Below are positions 1 through 10,040 of a stretch of 64,000 nt of DNA, in pieces. The notes under the pieces were generated by a model that saw nothing but the letters and a program-made list of their open reading frames with translations, ran no database searches and was not told where the DNA came from. A program made the position numbers and the translations under genes. The DNA lies in the NCBI GenBank assembly GCA_038870975.1, contig JAVZJD010000001.1:768001-832000 (forward strand), written 5' to 3'. Source of the stretch: Candidatus Bathyarchaeia archaeon (GTDB lineage: Archaea > Thermoproteota > CALKCG01 > B24). Positions within the stretch are counted from its first letter, which is position 1. Every line of letters begins with the position of its first letter.

Positions 1-180
1 GATGCATAGGAGCGAGTTGTAAATCGGAATCAGTCGTCTAGATCACCCAGATTTTAAAATAAATCGTTGCTATTTAACTTTTTTGGCTTTTAAACTCTAA
101 AAACGTCGAAATTAATACACTTGACTTTCTTGGGAAAGTAAAATATTTTAAGAGGCTTTAACTTATATTCTGCCCATTGC

Positions 181-396
181 ATGGGCAAAATTAGACACGC
201 CAGTATAAAGAGAACTGCGAAAATTCTATTGGAAAAGTACGGTGGAAAATTTACCTCCGACTACGAGACAAATAAGAAGCTAGTGGAGGAACTTGTAAAC
301 GTCTCTTCGAAAAAACTTAGAAATCTATTGGCAGGATACATTACAAGCCTTATTAAAATGAAGTCTGAAGTCTCTAGTGTTGAGAGTAGTCAGTAA
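181..396 (+). CDS. rps17e: 30S ribosomal protein S17e
   Basis: MGKIRHASIKRTAKILLEKY...F..D.E.NK..V......SKKLRNLLAGYIT matches the S17e signature; 71 aa. Confidence 0.95.
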   Translation: MGKIRHASIKRTAKILLEKYGGKFTSDYETNKKLVEELVNVSSKKLRNLLAGYITSLIKMKSEVSSVESSQ

Positions 397-2617
397 GCAT
401 CTTCTGAGAGCCTGCTTCTTCGGTAGCTCTCAAAGACTTTTCCGATATTAAACCTCCAACCTGTTCTTTAATCTTCTTAGAGATTTTCCCACCTATGGTT
501 GGAATGTGTTTAAGCTCCTCTATTGAAGCCCTCTTAAGGTCTTCAATTGTTTTATAGCCTGCGTTATAGAGGGCTCTAGCTCTAACTCTACCAATGCCCT
601 CAAGAGATATCAATGGTAGTAGCTCCTCTTTAACACCGAATTTAACTCTCTCCCTCAAGACACGTATTCTTGAAGATAATTTTTCAAGCTTCATGAGTTT
701 TGAAAGCTCTTGCGCCGCGTAGAGAAGCCATTCTGCACTTGAAACAATCCTGTAAAGATCACCCGGCTCGACATCATACTTTTCAAGTATAGTATTTTCA
801 GGTTGTTCATTTATCCAGTCGTATAAAACAATAGCCATTTTGACTTCCCCTAGCAATGCTTCAAATTCAATAGCATCTGAATACATATCTGCTACATCTA
901 TCAGAAGCTCATCCCTATGGAGTTCTAATGCCGCTGTAAGTCTCTCCATCTCTCCCCGTCTCGGGTAAAGTCTCGGCGTAGCGTCGGGGGTATGAACCAC
1001 GAGCTGTAAAAGGGCGAAATCCGTTATTTCATCTGACTTTCTGCTTTCAAAGCCGTCTACCATTATCGCAGCCGAAATAGGGTCTATGTAGAGTTCTGAC
1101 ACTCTCTTACCCAAAGAAGTGGCTTCGATTCTATCCCTTATAGTTCTTATAAATCCGTTCTCTTCGAGGATATTTAACACTTCGCTTATAGGCTTCACCA
1201 TCGGCTCTATACCCATTTGATGTGCATACAGGGTCTTGGAGAAAAATTCCAAGATCCTTCTCTTGTTGCATGCTGCATCAGTAGCAATAACGGATAAAAC
1301 ATGAGACCTAAGATATGGCTCGGCTCCTAAATTTGACCATATGCGTTCTGGTCTAGCATATATGTAGTGTTCCATTATGAAATCTGCCTCATCCCTATTT
1401 CTAGCTATCAGTATCGACTCTCCTATTGGGTCATAGTTGGGTCTACCAGCTCTTCCAACCATTTGCTTATACTCCATAACGCTTATTGGACTTCTCCCGT
1501 ATCCAGGTTCATATCTTTCATAGCTAGTTAAAGTAACCCGTCTAGCTGGTAAGTTGACGCCAGCTGCGAGTGTAGGTGTAGCTGTTAGAGCTTTAATGTA
1601 TCCTTTTCTAAAGGCGTCTTCAATTACCGTTCTTCGGTCGTGTTTTAAACCAGCATGATGAAATGCAACACCGTTTTCGATAGATAAAGCTAAAGACTCA
1701 TCAAGATTTGTCACAGCCTCACTACTCAGTATACTATTTGCTATCCTTTTCAGACTTCTCTCGGTTTGTTTGTTTAAAAACAGTTTAACGGTTTTAGTAA
1801 GTCTCTTAGCGAGTGTCACCGCATTTCTTCTAGTATCTGTGAATATCAAAATTTGTCCGCCATTTTTAATAGTATCGTAGGTTATACTTTCAATCGGACT
1901 GCCATGCTCCTCTATCTCTAGAACCGTTCCGTCATTAAATTCAACTCTACCATCAACGTACACCCCCTCCCTCAGCTTTACTGGCCTCCAATCTGTAGTA
2001 ATGTACTCCGCATTAAGCCATTCAGCGATCTCTTCAACGTTTCTAACCGTTGCACTTAAAGCCAATATTTGACCCTTATGGTTAAGCTTTCTAAACCTTG
2101 TTAAAACCACCTCCAACGTTGGCCCCCTATCACCCTGCCCAATGTAATGGATTTCGTCGACGATAAGGAGACTTAGTTCTTTAACCCACTGTGCTCCATG
2201 CCGTAGAAGGCTGTCAAATTTTTCATATGTTGTAACTATGAAGTCGTATTTGCCGAGCCAAGGGTCACTACTGTCATAGTCTCCCGTAGAAACGGCGACT
2301 CGAACATGTTCTCCATTAAATTTCGATAGTTTCTCATATTGTTTGAATCTTTCATACTTCTCTGACGCTAAAGCCTTTAAAGGTGTTGTATACAGAACCT
2401 TTCCATTTAGTTCGAGAATATGTTTAAGAGCACATAATTCTGCTACGAGGGTTTTACCGCTAGCCGTAGGGCTAGCTAATAAAAGATTTCCACCGTTTAA
2501 AACCTTGGTTTTCCTAAAAGCCTCCTCCTGCGGAGGATATAGTTCACAGATACCGTCCTCGAGAAGAATCTTCTTAACAGATTCATGTATTGGTAGTTCG
2601 TCTATCCTCATGGGCAT
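374..2617 (-). CDS. hel308: Hel308/Hjm Ski2-like SF2 DNA helicase
   Basis: LYPPQ Q-motif, PTASGKT, DEIH, LSAT, FHHAGL, TPTLAAGVNLPA, QMVGRAGRP, C-terminal HhH (GIGRVRAR). Confidence 0.95.
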   Translation of the reverse strand: MPMRIDELPIHESVKKILLEDGICELYPPQEEAFRKTKVLNGGNLLLASPTASGKTLVAELCALKHILELNGKVLYTTPLKALASEKYERFKQYEKLSKFNGEHVRVAVSTGDYDSSDPWLGKYDFIVTTYEKFDSLLRHGAQWVKELSLLIVDEIHYIGQGDRGPTLEVVLTRFRKLNHKGQILALSATVRNVEEIAEWLNAEYITTDWRPVKLREGVYVDGRVEFNDGTVLEIEEHGSPIESITYDTIKNGGQILIFTDTRRNAVTLAKRLTKTVKLFLNKQTERSLKRIANSILSSEAVTNLDESLALSIENGVAFHHAGLKHDRRTVIEDAFRKGYIKALTATPTLAAGVNLPARRVTLTSYERYEPGYGRSPISVMEYKQMVGRAGRPNYDPIGESILIARNRDEADFIMEHYIYARPERIWSNLGAEPYLRSHVLSVIATDAACNKRRILEFFSKTLYAHQMGIEPMVKPISEVLNILEENGFIRTIRDRIEATSLGKRVSELYIDPISAAIMVDGFESRKSDEITDFALLQLVVHTPDATPRLYPRRGEMERLTAALELHRDELLIDVADMYSDAIEFEALLGEVKMAIVLYDWINEQPENTILEKYDVEPGDLYRIVSSAEWLLYAAQELSKLMKLEKLSSRIRVLRERVKFGVKEELLPLISLEGIGRVRARALYNAGYKTIEDLKRASIEELKHIPTIGGKISKKIKEQVGGLISEKSLRATEEAGSQKMLTDYSQH

Positions 2618-2630
2618 CCCTAGATTAGAA

Positions 2631-4658
2631 TTATGTCTTCTTTAGAAAACCATCCTTAGGTGCATATATGGTTCCGTCTTTTCTGAGTTGCTGTATGAGG
2701 TTCGCCGTCTCGCTTCGACTTATACCGTATTCTTCCTCTAAAATCTTATACACAGCCTCCTCTTCAGCCATGCCTGTCTGCTTAGATAGGTTTGTGACGA
2801 CACTTATAACTGCTTGAAGTTTGTCTCGAAGGCTCTTGGGCTTACCCGTCATAATTATATCTATGTCTATTTTACCAGTCGATATATCCATGCCTACCTG
2901 CTCGAGACTCTTACTCATAAGAGCTATAGCTCTCTTAGCATCATCTACCGTAACATCTTCTCTTAGAGCTACTCTAGCTCTAGCCTCAGCAAGTCTAACT
3001 ATCGATTCAAGTTGTCTAGCTGTTATAGCTATTGGAGATTCAGTGAGTTCACTAGCACTACGCATCTTAAGGTAGAAGTCCTTTATGGCCTCCATAGCTT
3101 CTTGAGTAATCCTAGGTTTAATACGCTTACTATAGCTTATGTACTTCCTTAGAAAGTTTGGATCTATCAATGCTCTATCGACATCTCTCAACCCACTATG
3201 AAGTTTAAGTATATGCTCTGTCAGTTTACTATCGTGCTCTCTACTGGGTTGATCCTTCAAAATGAATATAAGGTCGAATCTTGAGAGAAGGGTAATCGGC
3301 AGGTTTATGTTTTCAGCTACAGTTCTATTCGGATCGTAGCGTCCAAGTGCTGGGTTTGCGGCGGCCAGTATTGAGGTTCTAGCGTTTAAAGTGGCCACTA
3401 TACCCCCCTTTGCTACAGATATCGACTGTTGCTCCATAGCTTCATGCATAGCCACGCGATCTTCGTTCCTCATCTTATCTATTTCATCAATAGCGCAGAC
3501 TCCTCTGTCTGCTAAAACGAGTGCGCCCGCCTCTAAAACCATGCCTCCACTCCTCTCTCTAACAACGGCAGCCGTTAAACCCGCTGCTGTTGTTCCCCTA
3601 CCGTGTGTATAAAGCCCTCTAGGAGCTATTCTTTGCACATAACGTAGAAGCTGACTTTTACCAGTACCTGGGTCTCCTACTAACAGGAGGTTTATATCGC
3701 CTCTAATTCTAGTCCCATCCTGTAAAACCTTAGTAACACCTCCGAATAGAAGATACATTATAGCTTCTTTAATTTCATCATATCCGTAGATAGATGGAGC
3801 TATAGACTGTTTGATCTTCTCATGTACATCCTTCTGTTTAGCAAGCTCGAGAATAAGCTTCTCCTCTTCAGGAGAGATCTCAACAGTTTCAGGGTCTTTA
3901 CCGTAAATTTCAAGGTTATTAACTTCGAGCGTTATATTGAAAACTCTCATCCTTCCAGATGTTGGAAGAACTTCTTGAATCGCTCTAACAACTCCCGTTA
4001 TAATGACGGCATCGCCGGGTCTAGCTGTATCTACAAGCTCTTCGTACACCCGTATATCTATCCATCTCGGCAATTGACCGGGTGGTAAATCTTCAGGTTT
4101 TTCTTGAACTCTAAGCTCCTGATAGTCTATGAATGAAGACTCTGATTGTAGAAATTCAAACGGTCCTTTTCTCTTACATGCTTCACAAATGGTGGGTGTT
4201 TTCATGGTCATGCCCGTTTGAAGAATGTATTGAACATGTTCGCAGCTTTTACATTTAAAGGCGGCCTTTACAACCAACGGTTTTACAGGGCTAGCCCTGA
4301 CAATTATGCCTTCAACTCTGACGAGCTTGTTGATATGTTTAGCTCCAAGCTTTCTAAGTGAAACTGTAAGGTCTTCAGGTAGCTTTTGAAGTCTAACCCT
4401 AACCCCCTCTCCTTCTAATTCTTCCGCGTAATGAGGGTCTTCTATTTTCAGTTGTGCTAAAGCCGCCCTTTCTAAAGCTGGTAGATAATCATCAGGGTTT
4501 GTAACAAGCTTTTTCGCAAGTTCAGAATCATACGTTATGACATCCGTAAAATCTACAGTCAAAGACTTACCGCCAGATATAGACATTTGGTTGAGTCTAG
4601 CCCTATATTTTTCACTTGAAAGTACTTCTTGAAACCTCTCTTCAACGCTAACTTCCAG
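2631..4658 (-). CDS. mcm: MCM replicative helicase (no intein); probable CTG start at 4658, upstream of the ATG at 4586
   Basis: Zn finger CKSC/CEAC, GDPGTGKSQ Walker A, IDEIDKM Walker B, LLSRFD Arg finger; the frame is open to a CTG 7 nt after GGAGG and adds the MCM-like N-terminus EERFQEVLSSEKYRARLNQM. Confidence 0.95.
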   Translation of the reverse strand: MEVSVEERFQEVLSSEKYRARLNQMSISGGKSLTVDFTDVITYDSELAKKLVTNPDDYLPALERAALAQLKIEDPHYAEELEGEGVRVRLQKLPEDLTVSLRKLGAKHINKLVRVEGIIVRASPVKPLVVKAAFKCKSCEHVQYILQTGMTMKTPTICEACKRKGPFEFLQSESSFIDYQELRVQEKPEDLPPGQLPRWIDIRVYEELVDTARPGDAVIITGVVRAIQEVLPTSGRMRVFNITLEVNNLEIYGKDPETVEISPEEEKLILELAKQKDVHEKIKQSIAPSIYGYDEIKEAIMYLLFGGVTKVLQDGTRIRGDINLLLVGDPGTGKSQLLRYVQRIAPRGLYTHGRGTTAAGLTAAVVRERSGGMVLEAGALVLADRGVCAIDEIDKMRNEDRVAMHEAMEQQSISVAKGGIVATLNARTSILAAANPALGRYDPNRTVAENINLPITLLSRFDLIFILKDQPSREHDSKLTEHILKLHSGLRDVDRALIDPNFLRKYISYSKRIKPRITQEAMEAIKDFYLKMRSASELTESPIAITARQLESIVRLAEARARVALREDVTVDDAKRAIALMSKSLEQVGMDISTGKIDIDIIMTGKPKSLRDKLQAVISVVTNLSKQTGMAEEEAVYKILEEEYGISRSETANLIQQLRKDGTIYAPKDGFLKKT

Positions 4659-4670
4659 TATTATCCCTCC

Positions 4671-5216
4671 TCAAGAGTCTAAAATGTAGCTACGCCAAAA
4701 TTCTATGATCTGCTTAATCTCCTCATACAGTGCTTTTTCCTCGACTGTTAGAAGTTGAAGAAGCTCTTGTGGGACATTTAAACTAGCCGCCATGTTAACT
4801 ATTTTCCTAGTTCGGCTATCTACAATATCTCTTGCTAGTCTTTTATACTTCTCTAAGAGTTGACTGTTACCGCGGAATTCAGCTTCATGTTTAACTTTTC
4901 TAAGGTATAATCTAAGCTTCTGGTAGAAATCCCCTGGGATTTCGCTTAGACGCGTGCTCGGCTGAAGCCCCTCCCTCCAATGGATATTTGTGAGCTCTTC
5001 GCTCGTTAATTCTTCACCCTGTTTAAACGTAGCAACCCCCTTTTCAACAAGTTTAAGAGCTATCCAACGTTTCAGTTTAACTTCAGAGTCTGGCTCATAT
5101 GGCTTTATGCCTCCTCCTAAAACCGTAGCACCCTCTAGGCTTTTTAAAATCTTAATTTTTACATCTCTATTAAGAAATTCAACTTCTAGCTCTTCTAAAG
5201 TGTTCTTTAGACTCAT
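4671..5216 (-). CDS. gins23: GINS complex subunit (Gins23/Psf2-like)
   Basis: Directly upstream of mcm; B-domain (..EVKLKRWIALKLVEKG) followed by a helical A-domain (EIPGDFY...R.RKIV...LT.EEK.LY); ATG at 5216 follows GGAGG. Confidence 0.8.
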   Translation of the reverse strand: MSLKNTLEELEVEFLNRDVKIKILKSLEGATVLGGGIKPYEPDSEVKLKRWIALKLVEKGVATFKQGEELTSEELTNIHWREGLQPSTRLSEIPGDFYQKLRLYLRKVKHEAEFRGNSQLLEKYKRLARDIVDSRTRKIVNMAASLNVPQELLQLLTVEEKALYEEIKQIIEFWRSYILDS

Positions 5217-5401
5217 TCTTTCCTCCACTATGTTAAGTAGATTCAATAGAGAAATAAAGATGTCTATCTTAAAGCTGAAAAACCAGCCCCCCTCTACTCC
5301 TTCTATGCAAACGCAATGTTAAAAATATCTTCAAGGTTCTACCGATTTTAAGGTTAAAACTTAAAGTTCACCGTTTACCTTCATTTCCTGAGGGAAATCT
5401 A

Positions 5402-6733
5402 TTGCCTCATGGTTTAGAGGGATATAAAGGTTTAGCATTAAAGGCTTTAATGGAGGTAGGTGCTGAAATCGGAGACATTATAAGGATTAAGAAGAGTAAT
5501 GGTGTAGTTTACGATGGAATATTGGTTCCAAGATTTGAATATGGAGACCCAGAATGCATAGTTCTAAAACTTAAAAACGGATACAACATCGGGTTGAAGA
5601 TAAGCAATACCGATGTCGTGGAGAAATTAGGAGAGGGAAGCAAACCTACATATAAGGCTCAGCCTATACCTAGGACCATTTCAAGTCTTCCAAGAGTATC
5701 AATAATAGGGACAGGTGGAACAATAGCTAGTAGGGTTGACTATCGTACTGGAGCTGTTACGCCAGTATTCACTGTCAGTGATCTTTACAGTATGGTTCCA
5801 GAGCTCGGGGAAATCGCCAACATAGAGACTAAAGTCCTATTCAACGTATTCAGCGAGGATATGACTCCAAAACATTGGACTAGAATAGCTGAGGAAATAG
5901 CCTTTCAGTTCGACAATGGTATTCAGGGGATTGTAGTAGCCCACGGTACAGATACAATGGGTTATACGGCTGCGGCTTTGAGTTTTGCATTACAAGATCT
6001 TCCAGCTCCCATAATATTGGTGGGAGCTCAAAGGTCTTCAGATAGACCGAGTAGCGACGCGGCTTTAAACTTGATTAGTGCTGTGATCGCAACGCTACAT
6101 GCGCCATTTGGAGAAGTCGCCGTGGCTATGCATAAAGACCTCTCAGACGATGAAGTTTTAATCCATAGAGGTACACGCGTTAGAAAGTGTCACACAAGCC
6201 GTAGAGACGCGTTTAAATCGGTTAATACAAATCCATTAGGCGTAGTTAAAGATAGAACCTACTACCAAATTTCAAGCCACTTTAAACCTAAAAGTCCATC
6301 TAAAAGTCTTAAGGTTAAACCAGTATTTGAAGAGAAAGTCGTGCTCTTAAAATACCATCCTGGTTTCAACCCAGAGATCATAGAAAAGCTTCTAGACATG
6401 GGCTATCGCGGGATCATATTAGAAGGTACTGGTTTAGGCCATGTGGGCTCTATGTGTATTAAGGCGATTGAGCGTGCACGGGATATGGGCGTTTTCGTAG
6501 GGATGACTTCGCAGTGCATATGGGGACGTGTAAATATGAACGTCTATTATACCGGTAGAGACCTGCAGAGGGCTGGCGTTACACCGCTTGAAGATATGTT
6601 GGCTGAAACAGCTGTAGTAAAATTGATGTGGGTTTTAGCTCAAACGGATAACCTTGAAGAGGTTAAAAGACTTATGCTTACAAACATAGCAGGTGAATTT
6701 TCCTACAGGACATCCTACAGGTGGTCGGCTTGA
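5402..6733 (+). CDS. gatD: Glu-tRNA(Gln) amidotransferase subunit D
   Basis: KLKNGYNIG N-domain, GTGGTIASRVDY, HGTDTMGY, GAQRSSDRPSSD, RKCHTSRRDAF. Confidence 0.97.
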   Translation: MPHGLEGYKGLALKALMEVGAEIGDIIRIKKSNGVVYDGILVPRFEYGDPECIVLKLKNGYNIGLKISNTDVVEKLGEGSKPTYKAQPIPRTISSLPRVSIIGTGGTIASRVDYRTGAVTPVFTVSDLYSMVPELGEIANIETKVLFNVFSEDMTPKHWTRIAEEIAFQFDNGIQGIVVAHGTDTMGYTAAALSFALQDLPAPIILVGAQRSSDRPSSDAALNLISAVIATLHAPFGEVAVAMHKDLSDDEVLIHRGTRVRKCHTSRRDAFKSVNTNPLGVVKDRTYYQISSHFKPKSPSKSLKVKPVFEEKVVLLKYHPGFNPEIIEKLLDMGYRGIILEGTGLGHVGSMCIKAIERARDMGVFVGMTSQCIWGRVNMNVYYTGRDLQRAGVTPLEDMLAETAVVKLMWVLAQTDNLEEVKRLMLTNIAGEFSYRTSYRWSA

Positions 6734-8625
6734 AAGTGAAAGTTGGCTTAGAACTTCATCAACAATTGGCTACAAACTACAAGCTTTTCTGCGGCTGTCA
6801 AGCATCTCTAGGTGTTACAGAAACCGAGTACAAGTTCATACGTAGGCTTAGGCCAACTCAGAGTGAGCTTGGCGAAGTAGATCCGGCTGCTCTTTTCGAG
6901 TTTAAAAAGGGAAGATATATCGTATACGAGGTTGACGATGCATCTTCGTGCCTCGTAGAGATGGACGAAGAACCCCCGCATCCTCTCAATGAGGAGGCCG
7001 TTGAAATAGCTTTAACAGTTGCCCTAATGCTTAATGCTTCACCAGTAGACGAAATCCATGTTATGCGTAAAATAGTAATAGATGGTTCAAATACTGCTGG
7101 TTTTCAGAGAACAGCCTTAATAGCATCTGGAGGCTACGTAGATGTTGAGAATAAACGAGTTCCAATACAAACAATATGTATTGAAGAAGATGCTGCTAGG
7201 CTTATTAAACAAGAAGGTGAAGCCATTTACTATCGACTTGACAGGCTTGGGATTCCTCTGATAGAAATTGCAACAGCCCCAGTCATAGAGTCTCCTAAGG
7301 AAGCATTGACAGTTGCCTACTCTATAGGTCGTATACTCAGGGCTACTGGTCGTGTCAGAAGAGGCTTGGGCTCCATAAGACAAGATGTAAACATATCTGT
7401 AGAGGGAGGCGGTTTGATAGAGGTTAAAGGTGTTCAAAAACTCGACCTTATTGAGAAGGTTGTTGAGTATGAAGTTATGCGTCAGAAAAACCTATTAGCG
7501 ATTCGAGATGAGCTTCAAGCCAGAGGCTGTAAGCCCATCGACATTATGAATAGTCCTATTGTAGACCTGACAGAAGTCTTCAGTAGCACGTCAAGCCGTA
7601 TCATACGTAATGCTATTAAGTCTGGAGGTAGGGTTTTAGGGATTGTTCTCAAAGGATTTGGGGGTCTCCTAGCCCGTGAACTTCAACCAGGCTTAAGATT
7701 CGGAGGAGAGTTCGCGACAAGAGCCAGCTTCTGGGGCGGTGTAGGTGGAATCTTCCATACAGATGAACTTCCAGCTTACGGTATAACTGCTGAAGAAGTT
7801 GCTAAAGTTAAAAGCCTATCTGGGGCGGACGACCTAGATGCTGTCGTATTCGTAGCCGATAAATACTCTAAAGCTGAAATGGCTTTAAAGGCGATCCAAG
7901 AGAGAGCTTTAGAGGCTTTAAAGGGTGTTCCAGATGAAACAAGAGGTCCGAATCCAGATGGTACGACTAGATACATGAGGCCTAGACCTGGAGCGGCTAG
8001 AATGTACCCTGAAACCGACATCCCGCCTTTAAGAATAACTGAAGATCTACTTTTGAAAGTTAAACGAAGTCTTCCAGAGCATCCGAGTATAGTGTTAAAC
8101 AATCTTGTAGAGGTATATGGGTTGAATAGAAAGCTGGCTGAGCAGCTTATTGATTCAGAGTATTTGAACGTCTTTAAATCTATAATGTCCGTGGTAAAGA
8201 TTCCAGCTAAGTTTGTAGCGGCAACCCTTACAGAAACTCTTAAGAGTCTCGAAAGAGAAGGCTTTGATGTAAGTGTTCTACCGGACTTAACGTTAATGGA
8301 TGTTTTCAAATGTGTTGATAGGGGGTTTATGGTTAAAGAAAACGTACCCGATGTTTTAAAATGGCTCTGCTTGAATGTAAATATGGGTGTTGAAGACGCA
8401 TTAAAAGCTCTAAACATACGTCTACTAACAAGAGAAGAGTTGGAAGAAGTAGTCGACGATGCCATAGAAGCAAAATCCGACCTTGTTGAAAAGATGGGCG
8501 TTAAAGCTTTAGATTCTATTATGGGCTTTCTAATGGGTAAGTTAAGAGGTAGAGTAGACCCACAACTTCTAATGGAAGTTATCCGTAGAAAGATTGAAGA
8601 GAAAACTGGAGGTGGTCAAAGTTAG
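6721..8625 (+). CDS. gatE: Glu-tRNA(Gln) amidotransferase subunit E
   Basis: GLELHQQL, RRLRPTQSELGEVD, RKIVIDGSN, LDRLGIPLIEI, RPRPGAARMYPETD; adjacent to gatD. Confidence 0.97.
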   Translation: MVGLKVKVGLELHQQLATNYKLFCGCQASLGVTETEYKFIRRLRPTQSELGEVDPAALFEFKKGRYIVYEVDDASSCLVEMDEEPPHPLNEEAVEIALTVALMLNASPVDEIHVMRKIVIDGSNTAGFQRTALIASGGYVDVENKRVPIQTICIEEDAARLIKQEGEAIYYRLDRLGIPLIEIATAPVIESPKEALTVAYSIGRILRATGRVRRGLGSIRQDVNISVEGGGLIEVKGVQKLDLIEKVVEYEVMRQKNLLAIRDELQARGCKPIDIMNSPIVDLTEVFSSTSSRIIRNAIKSGGRVLGIVLKGFGGLLARELQPGLRFGGEFATRASFWGGVGGIFHTDELPAYGITAEEVAKVKSLSGADDLDAVVFVADKYSKAEMALKAIQERALEALKGVPDETRGPNPDGTTRYMRPRPGAARMYPETDIPPLRITEDLLLKVKRSLPEHPSIVLNNLVEVYGLNRKLAEQLIDSEYLNVFKSIMSVVKIPAKFVAATLTETLKSLEREGFDVSVLPDLTLMDVFKCVDRGFMVKENVPDVLKWLCLNVNMGVEDALKALNIRLLTREELEEVVDDAIEAKSDLVEKMGVKALDSIMGFLMGKLRGRVDPQLLMEVIRRKIEEKTGGGQS

Positions 8626-8639
8626 CTTATCTTAAGAGG

Positions 8640-10040
8640 ATGGAACTTGTATGTGTAAAATGTGGCTCTCTACATTTTCCAAACAAGCCTTGGACTGGTT
8701 GTCTGAAATGTGGAGGTACGCTTGAATTTACCTTATTCGATGATTTAAACGTCGGAGAAATCAGCTTCAAGAACATCAATTCAATGTGGAGATATAGGTC
8801 TATTCTTCCAATACCTGACGATTGGGACCCAATATCATTAATGGAGGGACATACACCTTTAATCAAAGCGGAAAACCTTGGAAACAACTTTAAATTGAGA
8901 AAACTATATCTCAAAGATGAATCGAGAAATCCAACTGGCTCTTTTAGAGATAGGGCGGCTTCTCTAATGGTTACATGGGCGTATAAGACTGATTTTAAAA
9001 CACTCATAGCGGCTTCAGATGGCAATATGGGTGTTAGTCTGGCTGCATACGCCGCTAAAACCCGTTTAAACTGTAAAGTCATCATTCCTAAAAACGTTGA
9101 TGAGGGTAAAATTCTTCAGCTTCTAATCTATGGGTCTGAGCTTAGTGAATACGGCAAGTACTTAGATGAAGCAATAGATAGAACTATTAAGCTCGCTGAA
9201 GAACAGAACGCCTATCAGGCAACTCCAGAATTAAACCCGTTGAGTATAGAGGCTCAGAAGACAATCAGCTATGAGATTTGGGAACAATTGGGTGAAACGC
9301 CGGATGTTGTAGTTGTTCCAGTTGGAAGTGGTGGCCTTCTCTTCTCAATCTGGAAGGGTTTTATGGAGCTTAAGAAGTTGGGCTTTACAAATAAAGTTCC
9401 CAGGTTTTTAGCCGTTCAATCTGAGGGCTGTGCTCCCATTGTTGAAGCTTTTAGAAAGAATTCTGAAATCATAGAGCCGCTCAATCCTAAAACCAGAGCC
9501 AGCGCAATATTGGTTAGAAGACCAACTTATGGCGCTAAAGTCCTTGAGATTCTAAGGCAGAGTGGTATGGCGATCTCTGTCAGAGACGATGAAATATTTA
9601 AAGCAGAGAGAATGCTGGCTAGACTTGAGGGGTTATTTGTTGAACCGTCAAGCTCCTCGACCGTCGCGGCTTTAATGAGGCTTTCGAAAGAGGGGATTTT
9701 AAACCCAGATGAGATAACCGTGTGTATTCTAACAGGGAGTGGCTTAAAAGTACCTAGCATATTTGAATCCATGGGCTATAGAAAGCGAATGTTTGAGGTT
9801 GGCTTTGAAACAAGTATGAAATTCCGCATCCTTTCCTCTCTCTCTAAAGGCGAGAGGCATGGATATTCTATTTGGAAATCTCTAGGTGGTATAATCAGTC
9901 CACAAGCCGTTTATCAACATCTTCAAGATTTAGAGAAAAGAGGTTATGTTGAAAGTTTTAACATAAATGGTAAACGTCTTTACAAGCTGACAGAGGATGG
10001 GAAGCAGCTTTTAAAGGTCCTCAGAATCGTAGGATTTTAG
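8640..10040 (+). CDS. Threonine synthase-like fold-type II PLP protein (Schiff-base Lys replaced by Arg) fused to a C-terminal PadR-type winged helix
   Basis: N-terminal CxxC..CxxC, EGHTPL, NPTGSFRDR, VPVGSGG, VEPSS, LTGSGLK; C-terminal ILSSLSKGERHGYSIW...VYQHLQDLEKRGYV...RLYKLTEDGK. Confidence 0.85.
   Translation: MELVCVKCGSLHFPNKPWTGCLKCGGTLEFTLFDDLNVGEISFKNINSMWRYRSILPIPDDWDPISLMEGHTPLIKAENLGNNFKLRKLYLKDESRNPTGSFRDRAASLMVTWAYKTDFKTLIAASDGNMGVSLAAYAAKTRLNCKVIIPKNVDEGKILQLLIYGSELSEYGKYLDEAIDRTIKLAEEQNAYQATPELNPLSIEAQKTISYEIWEQLGETPDVVVVPVGSGGLLFSIWKGFMELKKLGFTNKVPRFLAVQSEGCAPIVEAFRKNSEIIEPLNPKTRASAILVRRPTYGAKVLEILRQSGMAISVRDDEIFKAERMLARLEGLFVEPSSSSTVAALMRLSKEGILNPDEITVCILTGSGLKVPSIFESMGYRKRMFEVGFETSMKFRILSSLSKGERHGYSIWKSLGGIISPQAVYQHLQDLEKRGYVESFNINGKRLYKLTEDGKQLLKVLRIVGF

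Noticed and set aside
2300-2345. Short insertion in Hel308 (SKFNGEH) as another in-frame BHB intron
   Set aside because: Only a weak TCGAA/TTCGA stem, with no 4-bp central helix and 3-nt bulges.
2631-4658. Intein in MCM or the helicases
   Set aside because: Protein lengths and motif spacing are normal; no intein signatures.
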